Both the position numbers and the translations under genes were made by a program. From positions 2,624,001 to 2,688,000 of the forward strand of contig CP170459.1 in NCBI GenBank assembly GCA_047947115.1: a stretch of 64,000 nt of DNA, in the 5' to 3' direction. The notes under the pieces are model-generated. The model searched no databases. It saw only the letters and a list, made by a program, of their open reading frames with translations, and was not told where the DNA came from. The stretch is from Verrucomicrobiota bacterium. GTDB lineage: Bacteria > Verrucomicrobiota > Verrucomicrobiia > Limisphaerales > AAA164-E04. This document shows, in pieces, positions 38,691 through 49,541 of this stretch; positions within the stretch are counted from its first letter, which is position 1, and each line of letters starts with the position of its first letter.

Positions 38691-41308
38691 ATGATGAACA
38701 AATATAAACCAAGAACCAGTGCCGGACTCGGCTTGTTGGGGGGCTTGCTCCTCGCCGCGAGTGGTCAGGTGCAGGGACAAATCAGCAATGGCCTTGTTTC
38801 CTATTGGCCATTGGACGCATTGAACGGAACCAAGACGCCGGACACGGTCAGCTTCTATGACATGGATGCAGCAAACCTCACGGCGGACGATGTCGTACCT
38901 GGAAAATTTGGAAATGCATTTTCCTTTTCCAACGAACGTCAGACCCTTCTGTCCCGTGTGCACCAAGCGGACGATAATCTGCCTGCCAACAAGCATGCGG
39001 CTCACACGATTTCCATGTGGGTGAATGTTGCCGGTGCGGGGCAAAACGACCTGCGAGTATTCTCGGAAGGGAACACCACTGACAGTAACCCGTTGTTTAA
39101 CATTGGAACACACAACGGTGGCGCGGATGGCAGTGTGGATCTTTACATCCGTCAGAATGGTTGGGCTACATTTGGTCACGCTTACACCACGCAGCAACCC
39201 TTTATTGCTGATGAATGGCATCACATCGCTTGGGTTCAGGAAGCTGATGGAAGTCGTACCATGTATGTCGACGGCAATGCCGATGAACTTGATATTACAC
39301 CTAAAGAAGAAGGCGATTGGCTTGTCAACAATACCTCTATCGGTGGTATCTTGCGTGCTTCCGCTTCACACTGGGCGACCTCATTGGCGGTGGTGAAGCT
39401 GATCCCGGCGCCGAAGGCCTGGTGGCCCACTGGCCCCTGGACCAGATCCAAGGAACCAAAACTCCCGATATCGTTAATGGATATGACATGGATATCACCA
39501 ATCTAACCGATGCGGATGTGGTTCCTGGTAAGAACGGAAACGCATTTTCTTTCGAAAACGCTCGTCAGACGCTTCTTTCACGTGTGCATGAGGCAGACGA
39601 TCAATTGCCAGCCAACAAGCATGCGGCTCACACGATTTCCATGTGGGTGAATGTTGCCGGTGCGGGGCAAAACGACCTGCGAGTTTTCTCCGAAGGGAAC
39701 ACCACTGACAGTAACCCTTTGTTTAACATAGGAACACACAGCGGCGGTGCGGATGGCAGTGTGGATCTTTATATCCGCCAGAATGGGTGGGATACTTTCG
39801 GCCACGCTTACACGACTCAGCAACCATTCATCGCTGATGAATGGCATCACATTGCTTGGGTACAGCAAGCTGATGGATCACGCACCATGTGGGTTGACGG
39901 TAATGCGGATGAATTGGAAATTCCTGCAAAACCAGAAGGCGATTGGCTTGTCAACAATACCTCCATCGGTGGTATCTTGCGTGCTTCCGCCTCACACTGG
40001 GTGACCGGTTTGATCGATGATGTTGCGATCTGGAGCCGCGCATTGAGCGGTGACGAAATCCAAAGCGTCATTGACAACGGCGTGCCAAGCGCTGGTGGCG
40101 GCAACAAGCGTCCGCTGGCGATCAACAGTTTTGCTGCTGAATACACTTCCGCAGCCAAAGGCGGTAACGTTGTGCTGTCTTGGGACGCTTCTGCTGATGC
40201 GAAATTGTATATCAGCCATGGAGTGGGAGAGGTAACTGCAAACTCCGAGTTTGGCGTTGGCAGTGTCTCTGTCCCCGTGGAAGGAACTTCCAATTTTAAA
40301 CTGACCGCCGTCCGCGATGGTCAGAGTGTCACAGCAAATGCTCTGGTGACAGCTTACGAAGGTGTCAATGAAGGTTGGAGTCTGATTGAAAACTTCGAAA
40401 CTCTCGAAGCGGACGCTAGCGTCAACCAGCAGGGTCGCTGGAAGAACCCTGAAGGAACAACCGCTGTGGTGAACACAGACTCACCATCCGGCAATGCTCT
40501 TACCGTGAATGGAACTGCATTGAGCGCCATCTTGCTGGGCTCCAAAACAATCAAGGAAGGTGAAAAAGCAACCTTGTTCTTCCGTGTTTACACCGAAGAG
40601 GGAGATGCTCCCGCCATTCAGGTCAACGTTGGTTTGAGTGAAAAACCGATTCGCTTCATTGGTGACTTCGCCAATGCAGTCGGTCCTTTTGTGCAGTTCA
40701 GCGATCTGGAAGGTTTCGGCATCGACATGTATGCCATCGACGGATTCCAGGGCACTTTGGACTGGACCGGTTCTACTGTGGATTATGAAACCATCTATGA
40801 TGTCTGGCTGGATGTAGAAAACAACAATCTGGAAGATGGCGACAAATTCACCATGTATTTCCGTGAAGCAGGTGATGATGGCGACCGCACGGAAGCCTTT
40901 GCAGGTTATACTTCCGATCGTAATCCTGCCGGTAGCACGGACCTCGGATTGCCCGGACCTGATCTCGATACGCTGTTTATCAGTTCGCACAGTGGTGCCG
41001 TTGTGGCGGGGCAAATCCTGGTGGATGACTTCTACATCAGCAGCGGTGGATATAATGACAGTGTACCTGCCGCTCTCGGTGGCTTGACTGTGACCGATGA
41101 AATCATTGATGACACTCCTGTGGTTGACCCTGAGCCAGGCGCCATCACTGGTATTGCCATTTCCGGTAATGAAGTGACCATCGAGTACACCGGAACTTTG
41201 AAATCCTCCAACAGCGTGACCGGTCCTTATGAAGCCGTTGCCGGAGCATCCGGTCCTTCCTATACCGTGAATGCCGACCAAGCTCAGCAGTTCTACATTG
41301 CTGACTGA
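38691..41308 (+). pseudogene. Secreted tandem LamG-like jellyroll protein, frameshifted at ~39375
   Basis: ORFs 38691-39506 and 39317-41308 carry two near-identical LamG domains (GLV..WPLD, TISMWV, WHHIAW, G.IDDVAIW.RALS) offset by 626 bp, which is not a multiple of 3. Confidence 0.8.
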
Positions 41309-41344
41309 TTTACGGAACGGATCAAATTCAATCTGAAAGCACAT

Positions 41345-41372
41345 GCCTCCCACTTCGGTGGGAGGCTTTTTT
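41345..41372 (+). terminator. Terminator after the LamG gene
   Basis: gcctcccac-ttcg-gtgggaggc followed by T6. Confidence 0.85.
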
Positions 41373-41377
41373 GTTGG

Positions 41378-42080
41378 GGTAGTAAGTGCCGTCCCCGGCG
41401 CGCTTCCTTGTGGCTTGTCAAGGCAAACCAGCCAGGTAGATCTGATCGTCCCGATCCGAACCTTGTGTCATCCCTACTCAAGAATGCCATCCAAAGGAAA
41501 GCCCTGACGTATTTGAACGCCAACATTCCCGCGTGTGTTCGAATCGAATACAGGCTACTGAAAACCGCAGGCCTCCCGAAACGGACGATGCTTGCATTTC
41601 GAACAACCCAAGGGACGCGCCGGGGACGGCACGAACTACCTGAGGTAGGTTGCAGGTAGATCTGATCGTCCCGATCCGAACCTTGTGTCATCCCTACTCA
41701 AAAATGCCATCCAAAGGAAAATCCTGACGTATTTGAACGCCAACATTCCCGCGTGTGTCCGAATCGAAACAGGCTACTGAAAACCGCAGGCTACCCGAAA
41801 CGGACGATGCTTGCATTTCGAACAACCCAAGGGACGCGCCGGGGACGGCACGAACTACCTGAGGTAGGTTGCAGGTAGATCTGATCGTCCCGATCCGAAC
41901 CTTGTGTCATTCCTGCTCAAAAATGCCACCCAAAGGAAAGCCCTGACGTATTTGAACGCCAACATTCCCGCGTGTGTCCGAATCGAAACAGGCTGCTGAA
42001 AACCGCAGGCTTCCCGAAACGGACGATGCCAGCATTTCGAACATCCCAAGGCACGCGCCGGGGACGGCACGAACTACCTG
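41378..42080. repeat. REP/REPIN-like array: three tandem ~220-bp units plus one lone REP
   Basis: Units start at 41433, 41653 and 41872. Each begins CAGGTAGATC and ends CGCGCCGGGGACGGCACGAACTACCTG. An inverted copy of the right REP lies at ~41379-41402. Confidence 0.88.
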
Positions 42081-42133
42081 GGGGGCAATCTTTGAGTTTG
42101 TCAGGGTTCCACAAATCGCCTATCAACGAATGC

Positions 42134-42991
42134 ATGAAATGCCGATGCTTGGTTGGATTCTTGTTGGTGATGGTTCTGGCACTGTCTGTTGGCGCTGGTG
42201 AAACGGTTTCGTTGTGGAAAGACGGCGCTCCCGGCGCATTGGGGAATCAGGATCACGACAACCCCACACTCACTCTTTATCTCCCTTCAAAAGACAAGGC
42301 AACTGGTGCCGCCATTGTTGTGTTTCCGGGAGGCGGGTATGGTGGTTTGGCGCCTCATGAAGGCAAAGGTTATGCCGAGTGGCTGGCCGAACAGGGGATT
42401 GCCGGATTGGTGTTGAAATACCGGTTGGGTTCCAAAGGCTACCGCCACCCCATCATGCTGGACGATGCTGCGCGTGCGGTTCGACTGACCAAATACCACG
42501 CTGCCGAATGGGGCATTGATCCCGAACGTGTGGGTATCATGGGGTCTTCTGCCGGAGGTCATTTGGCTTCCACACTCGTGACGCACTTTGAAGCTGGCGA
42601 CAAGGACTCCAGAGATCCTGTGGATCGTTTGTCTTCCCGACCAGCTCTTGGGATTCTTTGTTATCCGGTGGTATCGATGGGAGCCTTCACGCATCAGGGA
42701 TCCAAACGGAATTTGTTGGGTGACGAACCTTCTTCAGAACTGGTCTGGTTGCTTTCCAATGAACTTCAAGTCAAAGCCGATACGCCTCCTTGTTTCGTTT
42801 GGCATACTTGGGAAGACCAAGCCGTTCCTGTGGAGAATAGTCTTCAGTTTGCGGATGCACTTCGCAAGGCCGGTGTGCCCTTCGATCTCCACATCTACCA
42901 AAAAGGACGCCATGGCATCGGTCTGGCCAACGGCCATCCCTGGACCAAGGACTGTCTGTTTTGGTTGAAAGAGCAGAAGTTTCTGCGTTGA
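42134..42991 (+). CDS. Secreted alpha/beta hydrolase (carbohydrate esterase-like)
   Basis: PGGGY, GSSAGGHLA, D..VP..NS, HGIGL. Confidence 0.88.
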   Translation: MKCRCLVGFLLVMVLALSVGAGETVSLWKDGAPGALGNQDHDNPTLTLYLPSKDKATGAAIVVFPGGGYGGLAPHEGKGYAEWLAEQGIAGLVLKYRLGSKGYRHPIMLDDAARAVRLTKYHAAEWGIDPERVGIMGSSAGGHLASTLVTHFEAGDKDSRDPVDRLSSRPALGILCYPVVSMGAFTHQGSKRNLLGDEPSSELVWLLSNELQVKADTPPCFVWHTWEDQAVPVENSLQFADALRKAGVPFDLHIYQKGRHGIGLANGHPWTKDCLFWLKEQKFLR

Positions 42992-43216
42992 TTTTTTTTT
43001 GACAGGATTTACAGGTTGCAACGGATGTTTTTTGGAGGGGGCGGGATGCTGGTGATGAATGAGGAAGCTTAAGAGGTGATGCTCCGTATCCAGAGTGGTA
43101 ACAAGTCCCTGTAACGTTAAAACGTCGATTTATCTATTAACAATATGCCCTCACAGGCCGAATAAAAACATCCTGTTCATCTCGTAGATCCCGCGACTGC
43201 GGTGACTGCCTAAAAA

Positions 43217-43915
43217 ATGAATCCTATCGTTGAAATCCGAAATCTGAGCAAAGTTTACTCGCAGGGTGAGATCCAGGTTACTGCTCTGGATGATATCCAT
43301 CTCGACATACATCCTTCGGATTTCCTGACGCTGATGGGGCCCTCCGGTTCTGGGAAATCGACTTTGCTGCATATAATCGCCGGAATTGATCGCCAGAGTT
43401 CCGGTATCTGCAAAGTGCAGGGCATTGATCTGCGAGGGCTCAATGAATCAGCTCTGGCGGATTGGCGTAATCAGAACGTGGGATTCATCTTTCAGAGTTT
43501 CAATCTCATTCCGGTGTTGAGTGCTTTTGAGAATGTGGAACTTCCTCTGTTATTGACCCGGCTTGGACGTCCGGAACGCCGGAAGCTGGTGCAGACCGCC
43601 CTGGAACTGGTTGGGCTTGAAGATCGAGCCGGGCATTTGCCGAAGCAACTCAGTGGAGGGCAGGAGCAACGTGTTGCCATTGCCCGGGCCTTGGTGACGG
43701 ATCCCGCTTTGGTGGTGGCCGATGAGCCGACGGGGAATCTGGATTCGGAATCCGCCCAGCAGGTGCTTGAGATCCTTCAATCTCTGAGTCGCGATGCCGG
43801 AAAAACCGTGATCATGGTGACCCACGATCCGCGTGCCGCCGCTTTTGGCAATCGAACGATTCATCTCGAGAAAGGGCGTTTCGCCGAACCTTCTACATCC
43901 GAAGCGAAGGCCTGA
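43217..43915 (+). CDS. ABC transporter ATP-binding protein (LolD/MacB type)
   Basis: [37 protein letters not shown]. Confidence 0.95.
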   Translation: MNPIVEIRNLSKVYSQGEIQVTALDDIHLDIHPSDFLTLMGPSGSGKSTLLHIIAGIDRQSSGICKVQGIDLRGLNESALADWRNQNVGFIFQSFNLIPVLSAFENVELPLLLTRLGRPERRKLVQTALELVGLEDRAGHLPKQLSGGQEQRVAIARALVTDPALVVADEPTGNLDSESAQQVLEILQSLSRDAGKTVIMVTHDPRAAAFGNRTIHLEKGRFAEPSTSEAKA

Positions 43916-43956
43916 GCATGTAATTACTCATGCTGCCTTGAACCAAGAACTTTCCG

Positions 43957-45102
43957 ATGACCACGACGACATTCATTATCCGAAATGCTCTTCGCAACAA
44001 GCGTCGGGCATTCTTGTCAGCCATGAGTGTGGCGGTCAGTTTGTTTTTGTTCGTGACCTTGCAGGTAGCCTTGAGGGAACTGACCATTCCGCCGGAAGAC
44101 ATCGGAGCATCCCTGCGCATCGCTGTCCGTAATAAGGTGTCGCTGGCTCAACCACTGCCTGTGCGCCAATTGCAGGTGATCGAAAAAATTCCGGGTGTGG
44201 CGGCGGTGACTCCATTCTCTTATTTTGGGGGGTTATTTCGCAATGAATCGTTCACAACCTTCGCTCAATTTGCGGTGAATCCAAACCGCTTCACCAATGT
44301 CTTTGTGGAAGCCAAAGCTTCATCTGAACACTTGCAAGCCTGGATCAAGGATCGCGGCAGTTGTCTGGTAGGGCTTGATACCATGGAGCGGTATGATCTG
44401 AAAGTTGGAGATCGCATGTTGCTCACCGGTACCTTATACCCGGCCGATCTGGATATGAAAATCGTGGGAACGTACCAGGGAACGCTGGATGATCGCTCGG
44501 TGTTTTTTCATCACACCTATCTGGATGAACTGACGGACGACCCCGGAACAGTGGGAACATGGTGGGTACGCGCCGCTTCCGCGGAAGTTGCCCCGCAGGT
44601 TATTCAATCCATCAATTCTGCCTTTGAAAACACCTCCTCTGAAGTGCGGGCCGAGAGTGAACGCGCTTTTCAAATGGGTTTTGTGTCCATGTGGGGGAAC
44701 ATCAAGATGCTGATCGATTCCATTTGTTCGGCGATTGTGTTCACTCTGCTGCTTGTTTCGGTCAGCACCATGAGCATGGCGATTCGTGAACGGTTCCGGG
44801 AACTGGCCATTCTCAAGGCGATTGGTTTTCGCCGTAATGAATTGCTCTCGTTTATCCTTGCGGAAAGTTTGTTGCTTTCCCTGTTGGGCGCGGTCATGGG
44901 AGCAGGGGGAGCTGCCTGGATCTTTCATTATATCGACATACAAGCCTTGTCGGGCGGGATGTTTGTCTATTTTGAAGTGACCGAACGGATGCTGGGAAGC
45001 GCCTTTCTCATCGCGATGGTTTTGGGGGTCTTATCGGGAGTCGTGCCCGGCTTGTCCGTGTGTCGCATGAGTGTTGTCGATGGACTGAAAACTTTGGATT
45101 GA
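43957..45102 (+). CDS. ABC transporter permease (MacB/FtsX family)
   Basis: RNALRNKRR, one TM plus large periplasmic domain plus three TM, ERFRELAILKAIGF. Confidence 0.9.
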   Translation: MTTTTFIIRNALRNKRRAFLSAMSVAVSLFLFVTLQVALRELTIPPEDIGASLRIAVRNKVSLAQPLPVRQLQVIEKIPGVAAVTPFSYFGGLFRNESFTTFAQFAVNPNRFTNVFVEAKASSEHLQAWIKDRGSCLVGLDTMERYDLKVGDRMLLTGTLYPADLDMKIVGTYQGTLDDRSVFFHHTYLDELTDDPGTVGTWWVRAASAEVAPQVIQSINSAFENTSSEVRAESERAFQMGFVSMWGNIKMLIDSICSAIVFTLLLVSVSTMSMAIRERFRELAILKAIGFRRNELLSFILAESLLLSLLGAVMGAGGAAWIFHYIDIQALSGGMFVYFEVTERMLGSAFLIAMVLGVLSGVVPGLSVCRMSVVDGLKTLD

Positions 45103-45108
45103 TCCGAT

Positions 45109-46269
45109 ATGTTGCCGATCAAATACAATGCCAAAAACGTCTTGCTTCGTTGGCGCAGCACACTCGCCACCATCTTGGGGATTGCCATGGTGGTGGCGGT
45201 TTATGTCATGGTGCAGGCTCTGGCGGTAGGATTGGAGAAAAGCAGCGCCAATACAGGCGATCCGCGCAACCTCATGATCGTTCGCAAAGGTTCTCAATCG
45301 GAATCCAGCAGCATCGTCACGCTCGAGCAATATCGGTCGCTGCTTTATTCAGAATGGATCGAACATGATGCGAATGACCGCCCTCTTGTTACGGCTGACG
45401 TGCTCACCTTGGTCAATTTGCCAAGACGTGAGCAAAACGGCGAAGCCAATACGACTCTGAGAGGCATTGGGCCGATGGGGAAGGTGTTGCGCCCTCAAGT
45501 GAAATTGGTGGAAGGCAGATGGTTCGAACCCGGTAAAAGAGAGGTGGTCGTCAGTAAACGTCTGGCGGCCCGGTTTGCCAATTTCGGTATCGGTGATCGT
45601 TTCAAAACCGGACCGGATTGGCTGACGGTTGTGGGTTGGTTTGATGCAGGAAACTGTGCCTTTGATTCGGAAATCTGGGCGGATTCGGACGAAGTCAGGG
45701 CCTTGTTTGATCGAGATTCCTATTCCTGCCTGTTGGTGCGTCCGGTCAATGCGGAAGGACTTACGGTTTTGACCAAACTGGTGGAGGAAGATAAACGTCT
45801 TCAGTTGCTAGCCAAGAATGAAGTGGCATACTATCGGGAGCAGACAATGACGGCCACACCGATCAAATGGCTGGGTAACTTCCTGGCAACCGCCATGTCC
45901 ATCGGCGCGATCCTCGCGGCCATGAACACCATGTATGCAACCGTCGGCGCCCGCACGCGGGAAATTGGCACGCTGCGTGTGCTTGGTTTTCGACGTCGAA
46001 CCATTGTACTCGGCTTGTTGATCGAGGGGATGCTGCTGTGCTCTATCGGAGGTGTGTTCGGATGTTTGCTTGCTCTGCCCATCAATGGTTATGCAACGGG
46101 AACCATCGGTTTTGAATCGTTCAGTGAGACTGTTTTTGAATTCACCATCACTCCTGCCTTGGCTTCGCAAGGAATCGTTTTTTCTGCTTTGATCGGATTA
46201 TTTGGAACCCTTATTCCAGCCATCAAAGCGTCGCGGACACCTGTCATCGATGCCCTGAAATCGCTATGA
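45109..46269 (+). CDS. ABC transporter permease (MacB/FtsX family)
   Basis: Same topology; RTREIGTLRVLGF. Confidence 0.9.
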   Translation: MLPIKYNAKNVLLRWRSTLATILGIAMVVAVYVMVQALAVGLEKSSANTGDPRNLMIVRKGSQSESSSIVTLEQYRSLLYSEWIEHDANDRPLVTADVLTLVNLPRREQNGEANTTLRGIGPMGKVLRPQVKLVEGRWFEPGKREVVVSKRLAARFANFGIGDRFKTGPDWLTVVGWFDAGNCAFDSEIWADSDEVRALFDRDSYSCLLVRPVNAEGLTVLTKLVEEDKRLQLLAKNEVAYYREQTMTATPIKWLGNFLATAMSIGAILAAMNTMYATVGARTREIGTLRVLGFRRRTIVLGLLIEGMLLCSIGGVFGCLLALPINGYATGTIGFESFSETVFEFTITPALASQGIVFSALIGLFGTLIPAIKASRTPVIDALKSL

Positions 46270-47291
46270 AAAAAGACCACATACAACAGCTCAAGATTCC
46301 TGCAAGTGCCAAGAAACGACCCAAATCCACCGTGACAATGATCTATGGCGGGATTGTTCTGCTGCTTGCCATTGCTGTGTGGTTTGCCTGGCCGAGGGAG
46401 GGAGATGATCAAAGGATTCTTGATACAACTTATCCAGGTGACACAGCGACCACCGGAGCGGTTTCTACATCTTCCTCAAATGTCCACTCTCCAGAATTCA
46501 CGTCTGCCCGAACGGGCGAATTTCCATCTGTCAAAGCGTCTGGTCATTCACTGTTGACCGTCAGCGGATACATCGTCAACAGGGAACGCATTGAGCTGAG
46601 TCCGCGGTTCATGGGAGTGGTGCGAGATATTCGGGTCAAAAAAGGAGACTCTGTGACCAAGGATCAGGTGGTTGCTGTTTTGGATGATGTTGAGTATCTA
46701 GCGCAACTCAAGCAGGCAAAGGGGGCGCTTGAAGTGGCTCAGGTGCAGGTCAAACAGGCGCAGCTTGACGTGGATCGCGCCCGTCGTCTGGTTGCAGAGC
46801 GAGTGGAGATGAAAGCAACTTTGGAAGATGCGGAGCTGCGACTTGCCGCCGGCCAAGCTGACGTCAAACGTCTGGAGGGGCAGGTGGAATTGGTCCAAAC
46901 CTATCTGGACTGGACGATCATTCGATCTCCCATCAACGGTGTGGTCCTCGAAAAACTGGTCGATCCTAACGAACTGGTGACACCCCAGTCATTCGGTGGA
47001 ACGCGCGGGCCCAGCACGGCATTGATTTCACTGGGTGATCCCGAAGATCTGCAGGTTGAAATCGAATTGAACGAATCGGATCTATCCAAAATCTATCTGA
47101 ACCAAGCCTGTCGGATTTCACCCGAAGCGTATCTGGATCGTGTGTATCAGGGTTATGTCGTCGAAATCGCACCCGAAGCCAATCGTCAAAAAGGCACCTT
47201 GCAAATCAAAGTCCAGATTGAAAATCCCGACAAATATCTCACCCCCGAACTCAGCGCGAAAGTCGATTTCATGCCGGGAAACACGGAGTAG
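46266..47291 (+). CDS. Efflux periplasmic adaptor (membrane fusion protein)
   Basis: N-terminal TM, lipoyl half-motifs (VKKGDSV; IRSPINGVV), alpha hairpin. Confidence 0.9.
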   Translation: MKKDHIQQLKIPASAKKRPKSTVTMIYGGIVLLLAIAVWFAWPREGDDQRILDTTYPGDTATTGAVSTSSSNVHSPEFTSARTGEFPSVKASGHSLLTVSGYIVNRERIELSPRFMGVVRDIRVKKGDSVTKDQVVAVLDDVEYLAQLKQAKGALEVAQVQVKQAQLDVDRARRLVAERVEMKATLEDAELRLAAGQADVKRLEGQVELVQTYLDWTIIRSPINGVVLEKLVDPNELVTPQSFGGTRGPSTALISLGDPEDLQVEIELNESDLSKIYLNQACRISPEAYLDRVYQGYVVEIAPEANRQKGTLQIKVQIENPDKYLTPELSAKVDFMPGNTE

Positions 47292-47328
47292 TTTTTGGAC
47301 AGCCACCTCAGTCGCTGTCCAAAAAAAA
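47292..47328. terminator. Bidirectional terminator between convergent genes
   Basis: tttttggacagc / gctgtccaaaaa inverted repeat. Confidence 0.65.
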
Positions 47329-47332
47329 CAGG

Positions 47333-48850
47333 CTATCGGTTATCGGTAACTTTCCCGTTCAACCTCGGACGTTTATTGGGGCCGAAAGCTACGTTGGATT
47401 GGGATTCGATGGTGACTTGATCGTCTTTGAAGGTGAATTCAAAGTTCAGGTGAAAGGGCGTTTCCACGGCACAAACTTTCAATGTCAATGTGGATTCATC
47501 CGTCCAGGCATAGGAGCCAGCTACAGGTTCGTCTTCGAAATCCGAAAGGCGTCCGACAGGGAAAGGAGAGCGTCCGGTTTTCCAGTTGCCATGTCCGGCT
47601 CGAAATTGGAGTGGACGTTCTGAACCATCCATGATGAAAGTCAACTGATCCGAACTCGGGTCCTGCATGATCGTCAGGTACCGGTTGCCCGTTTCGTTTT
47701 CTTCCAGATGATATGTACGTTTCAACGTCTTGGAAGCCAGTGCGGAACTGCTGTCGCCCTCGACCGGTGGAATAACCAGCGACTCCAACTTGGATTTCAA
47801 TTGTTCGGAAGATGCTTTGTCGGGCCTCAATGTGTCCGGATGGCAGGCCGGGATAAAACGTGACCATACAACATCCAGCACAGCTTGCATGCTTGAGACA
47901 CCGCTGGTGATGGCGATCACCGCATCCAGCTTGGGCATGACAATGCAGTATTGTCCGAAGGCGCCATCTCCGCGATACGCATCGTGACGGCATCGCCAGA
48001 ACTGAAAACCATATCCCTGATTCCAATCGCTGACCGGATTGCTGCCGTTGGACACCTGTTTGGAAGTGGCCTGTTCCACCCAGATGGAAGGGATGAGTTG
48101 TTGTCCATTCCAGTGCCCTTTTTGCAAGTAAAGTTGACCGAACTTGGCGATGTCCTCAGTGCGCACGCGCAGGCCATATCCTCCAAGGGAGATGCCTTGG
48201 GAATTCGTGTCCCAGACCGGCTGTGTGATGCCTAATGGTTCAAATAAACGTGGCTTCAAGTACTCCAATACAGTCTGTCCGGTTACTTTTTGAACGATAG
48301 CGGACTGCATGAATGTGGCGGCGGTGTTGTATTTGAAATGGGTGCCGGGTTGATGCGGGACTTCTTGTGCAAGGAAGGATTCGGGCGACACCACGTCCGG
48401 AGAGGCGGAGGGTTCATCCTGATGACCGGTGGTCATCGTCAACAGATCCCGGACCCGCATGGATTTGAGATGGTTGGAAGGATTCTCCGGCATGGCATCA
48501 GGAAAGAAATTGCCGACATTATGATCAATACTGAGTTTGCCTTCCGCCACCGCCAGTCCGACGGCGGTCGATGTGAAGCTTTTGCTCAGTGAATAGAGGA
48601 CATGGTTGTTCTCGGCTGCATAAGGAGCCCACCACCCTTCCGCGACGACGTGCCCGTGACGAACAACCATGATGCTGTGCATCCCATCGATTTTCGAATC
48701 CAACGCCTCAATGAACAAGCAGAGTGCGTCCGATGAAATTCCCTGCGCTTCGGGCTTGCTGCGGGGTAAGGAGGTCGTTTCCTGTCCTCTAAGCAGGGGG
48801 CAGAAAGTCAACAAAACAACCAAGCGGATGACGGCTTTTGGTTTAGTCAT
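47333..48850 (-). CDS. Serine hydrolase, beta-lactamase (class C-like) family
   Basis: SxxK motif (YSLSKS), LLTMTTG, PGTHFKYN, D.AKFGQLYL..G.W, YGFQFW. Confidence 0.88.
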   Translation of the reverse strand: MTKPKAVIRLVVLLTFCPLLRGQETTSLPRSKPEAQGISSDALCLFIEALDSKIDGMHSIMVVRHGHVVAEGWWAPYAAENNHVLYSLSKSFTSTAVGLAVAEGKLSIDHNVGNFFPDAMPENPSNHLKSMRVRDLLTMTTGHQDEPSASPDVVSPESFLAQEVPHQPGTHFKYNTAATFMQSAIVQKVTGQTVLEYLKPRLFEPLGITQPVWDTNSQGISLGGYGLRVRTEDIAKFGQLYLQKGHWNGQQLIPSIWVEQATSKQVSNGSNPVSDWNQGYGFQFWRCRHDAYRGDGAFGQYCIVMPKLDAVIAITSGVSSMQAVLDVVWSRFIPACHPDTLRPDKASSEQLKSKLESLVIPPVEGDSSSALASKTLKRTYHLEENETGNRYLTIMQDPSSDQLTFIMDGSERPLQFRAGHGNWKTGRSPFPVGRLSDFEDEPVAGSYAWTDESTLTLKVCAVETPFHLNFEFTFKDDQVTIESQSNVAFGPNKRPRLNGKVTDNR

Positions 48851-48883
48851 GCATACTCAATATTTTGGTTTTCAACGAGATGA

Positions 48884-49084
48884 TCAATCCTCTGAATTCT
48901 CAGAAAGGATCATTGCTGGCGAGGTGTGTTCTGACATTTCACCAGAGTGACTCAGTAAAATATGCTTCAGAGATGTGATCCGTTTCTTAATGTACTGCTT
49001 TTCCTGATGCCATGACATGCCTTCAAGGTCATCTGACATCGTCTTTCGAATGTTTCTCATCAACTCTACAGATTTAATCTTCAT
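48884..49084 (-). CDS. Small protein downstream of the PIN gene (putative antitoxin)
   Basis: 66 aa, overlaps the PIN stop codon, pattern SVELMRNIR....LEGMS. Confidence 0.55.
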   Translation of the reverse strand: MKIKSVELMRNIRKTMSDDLEGMSWHQEKQYIKKRITSLKHILLSHSGEMSEHTSPAMILSENSED

Positions 49085-49541
49085 AATCTAAAACTTCGGT
49101 TGGCGATCGTATCTCTATTAAAGGATAGCCCAGTCTGAGATTGACAGAATTGTAGCCCCGTATTCTATTCAGATTAACTATATGTCTGAAATTCCAACTG
49201 ACAAGCACATCCACATGATTCTCTGTGGCTGTCGCGATGTGTTGAGCATCAAGGCGACACTTCTGGGGGATAACACCCTCTCGCAAGTATGTCTCGCCTA
49301 ATTCACCTGCTTTTTCCGAAAACTCAACTAGCTCCAAGTGCTCGGCGGGAACTGAATTTTAAACATCCCGCACTGCAGGTGGGGCAAGCTCAAGCTCCGC
49401 CAAAGTGATGTCCGAAACAACCATGACGATTGATCCCGTCTGGAAGCTGTTAAACAATGACTTGGAGTCTTTTTCGAATTCGACATCAAGACATCCCCCA
49501 ATGACCGAAGTGTCAGTGTATACTCGTTTTTTGATTATCAT
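49074..49541 (-). pseudogene. PIN-domain (VapC-like) protein with an in-frame TAA
   Basis: VYTDTSVIGG, S..T..EL, DAQHIA.A, LVSWNFRHIVN. The two ORFs share a frame and are separated only by TAA at 49359-49361 (RDV*NSVP). Confidence 0.82.

Noticed and set aside
38780..40070. Diversity-generating retroelement template/variable repeat pair
   Set aside because: The differences between the LamG repeats are mostly synonymous and not adenine-specific, and no reverse transcriptase is in the window.
41433..42080. CRISPR array
   Set aside because: The units are ~220 bp and nearly identical throughout, with no unique spacers and no cas genes.
41293..42135. Protein-coding ORFs within the REP array, including the long N-terminal extension of the 41972 ORF
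   Set aside because: Frames differ between units because of a 1-bp indel, and the hydrolase has a good signal peptide starting at 42134.
47333..48850. Bona fide antibiotic-resistance beta-lactamase
   Set aside because: The motifs only support the broad serine hydrolase family; substrate cannot be inferred from sequence.
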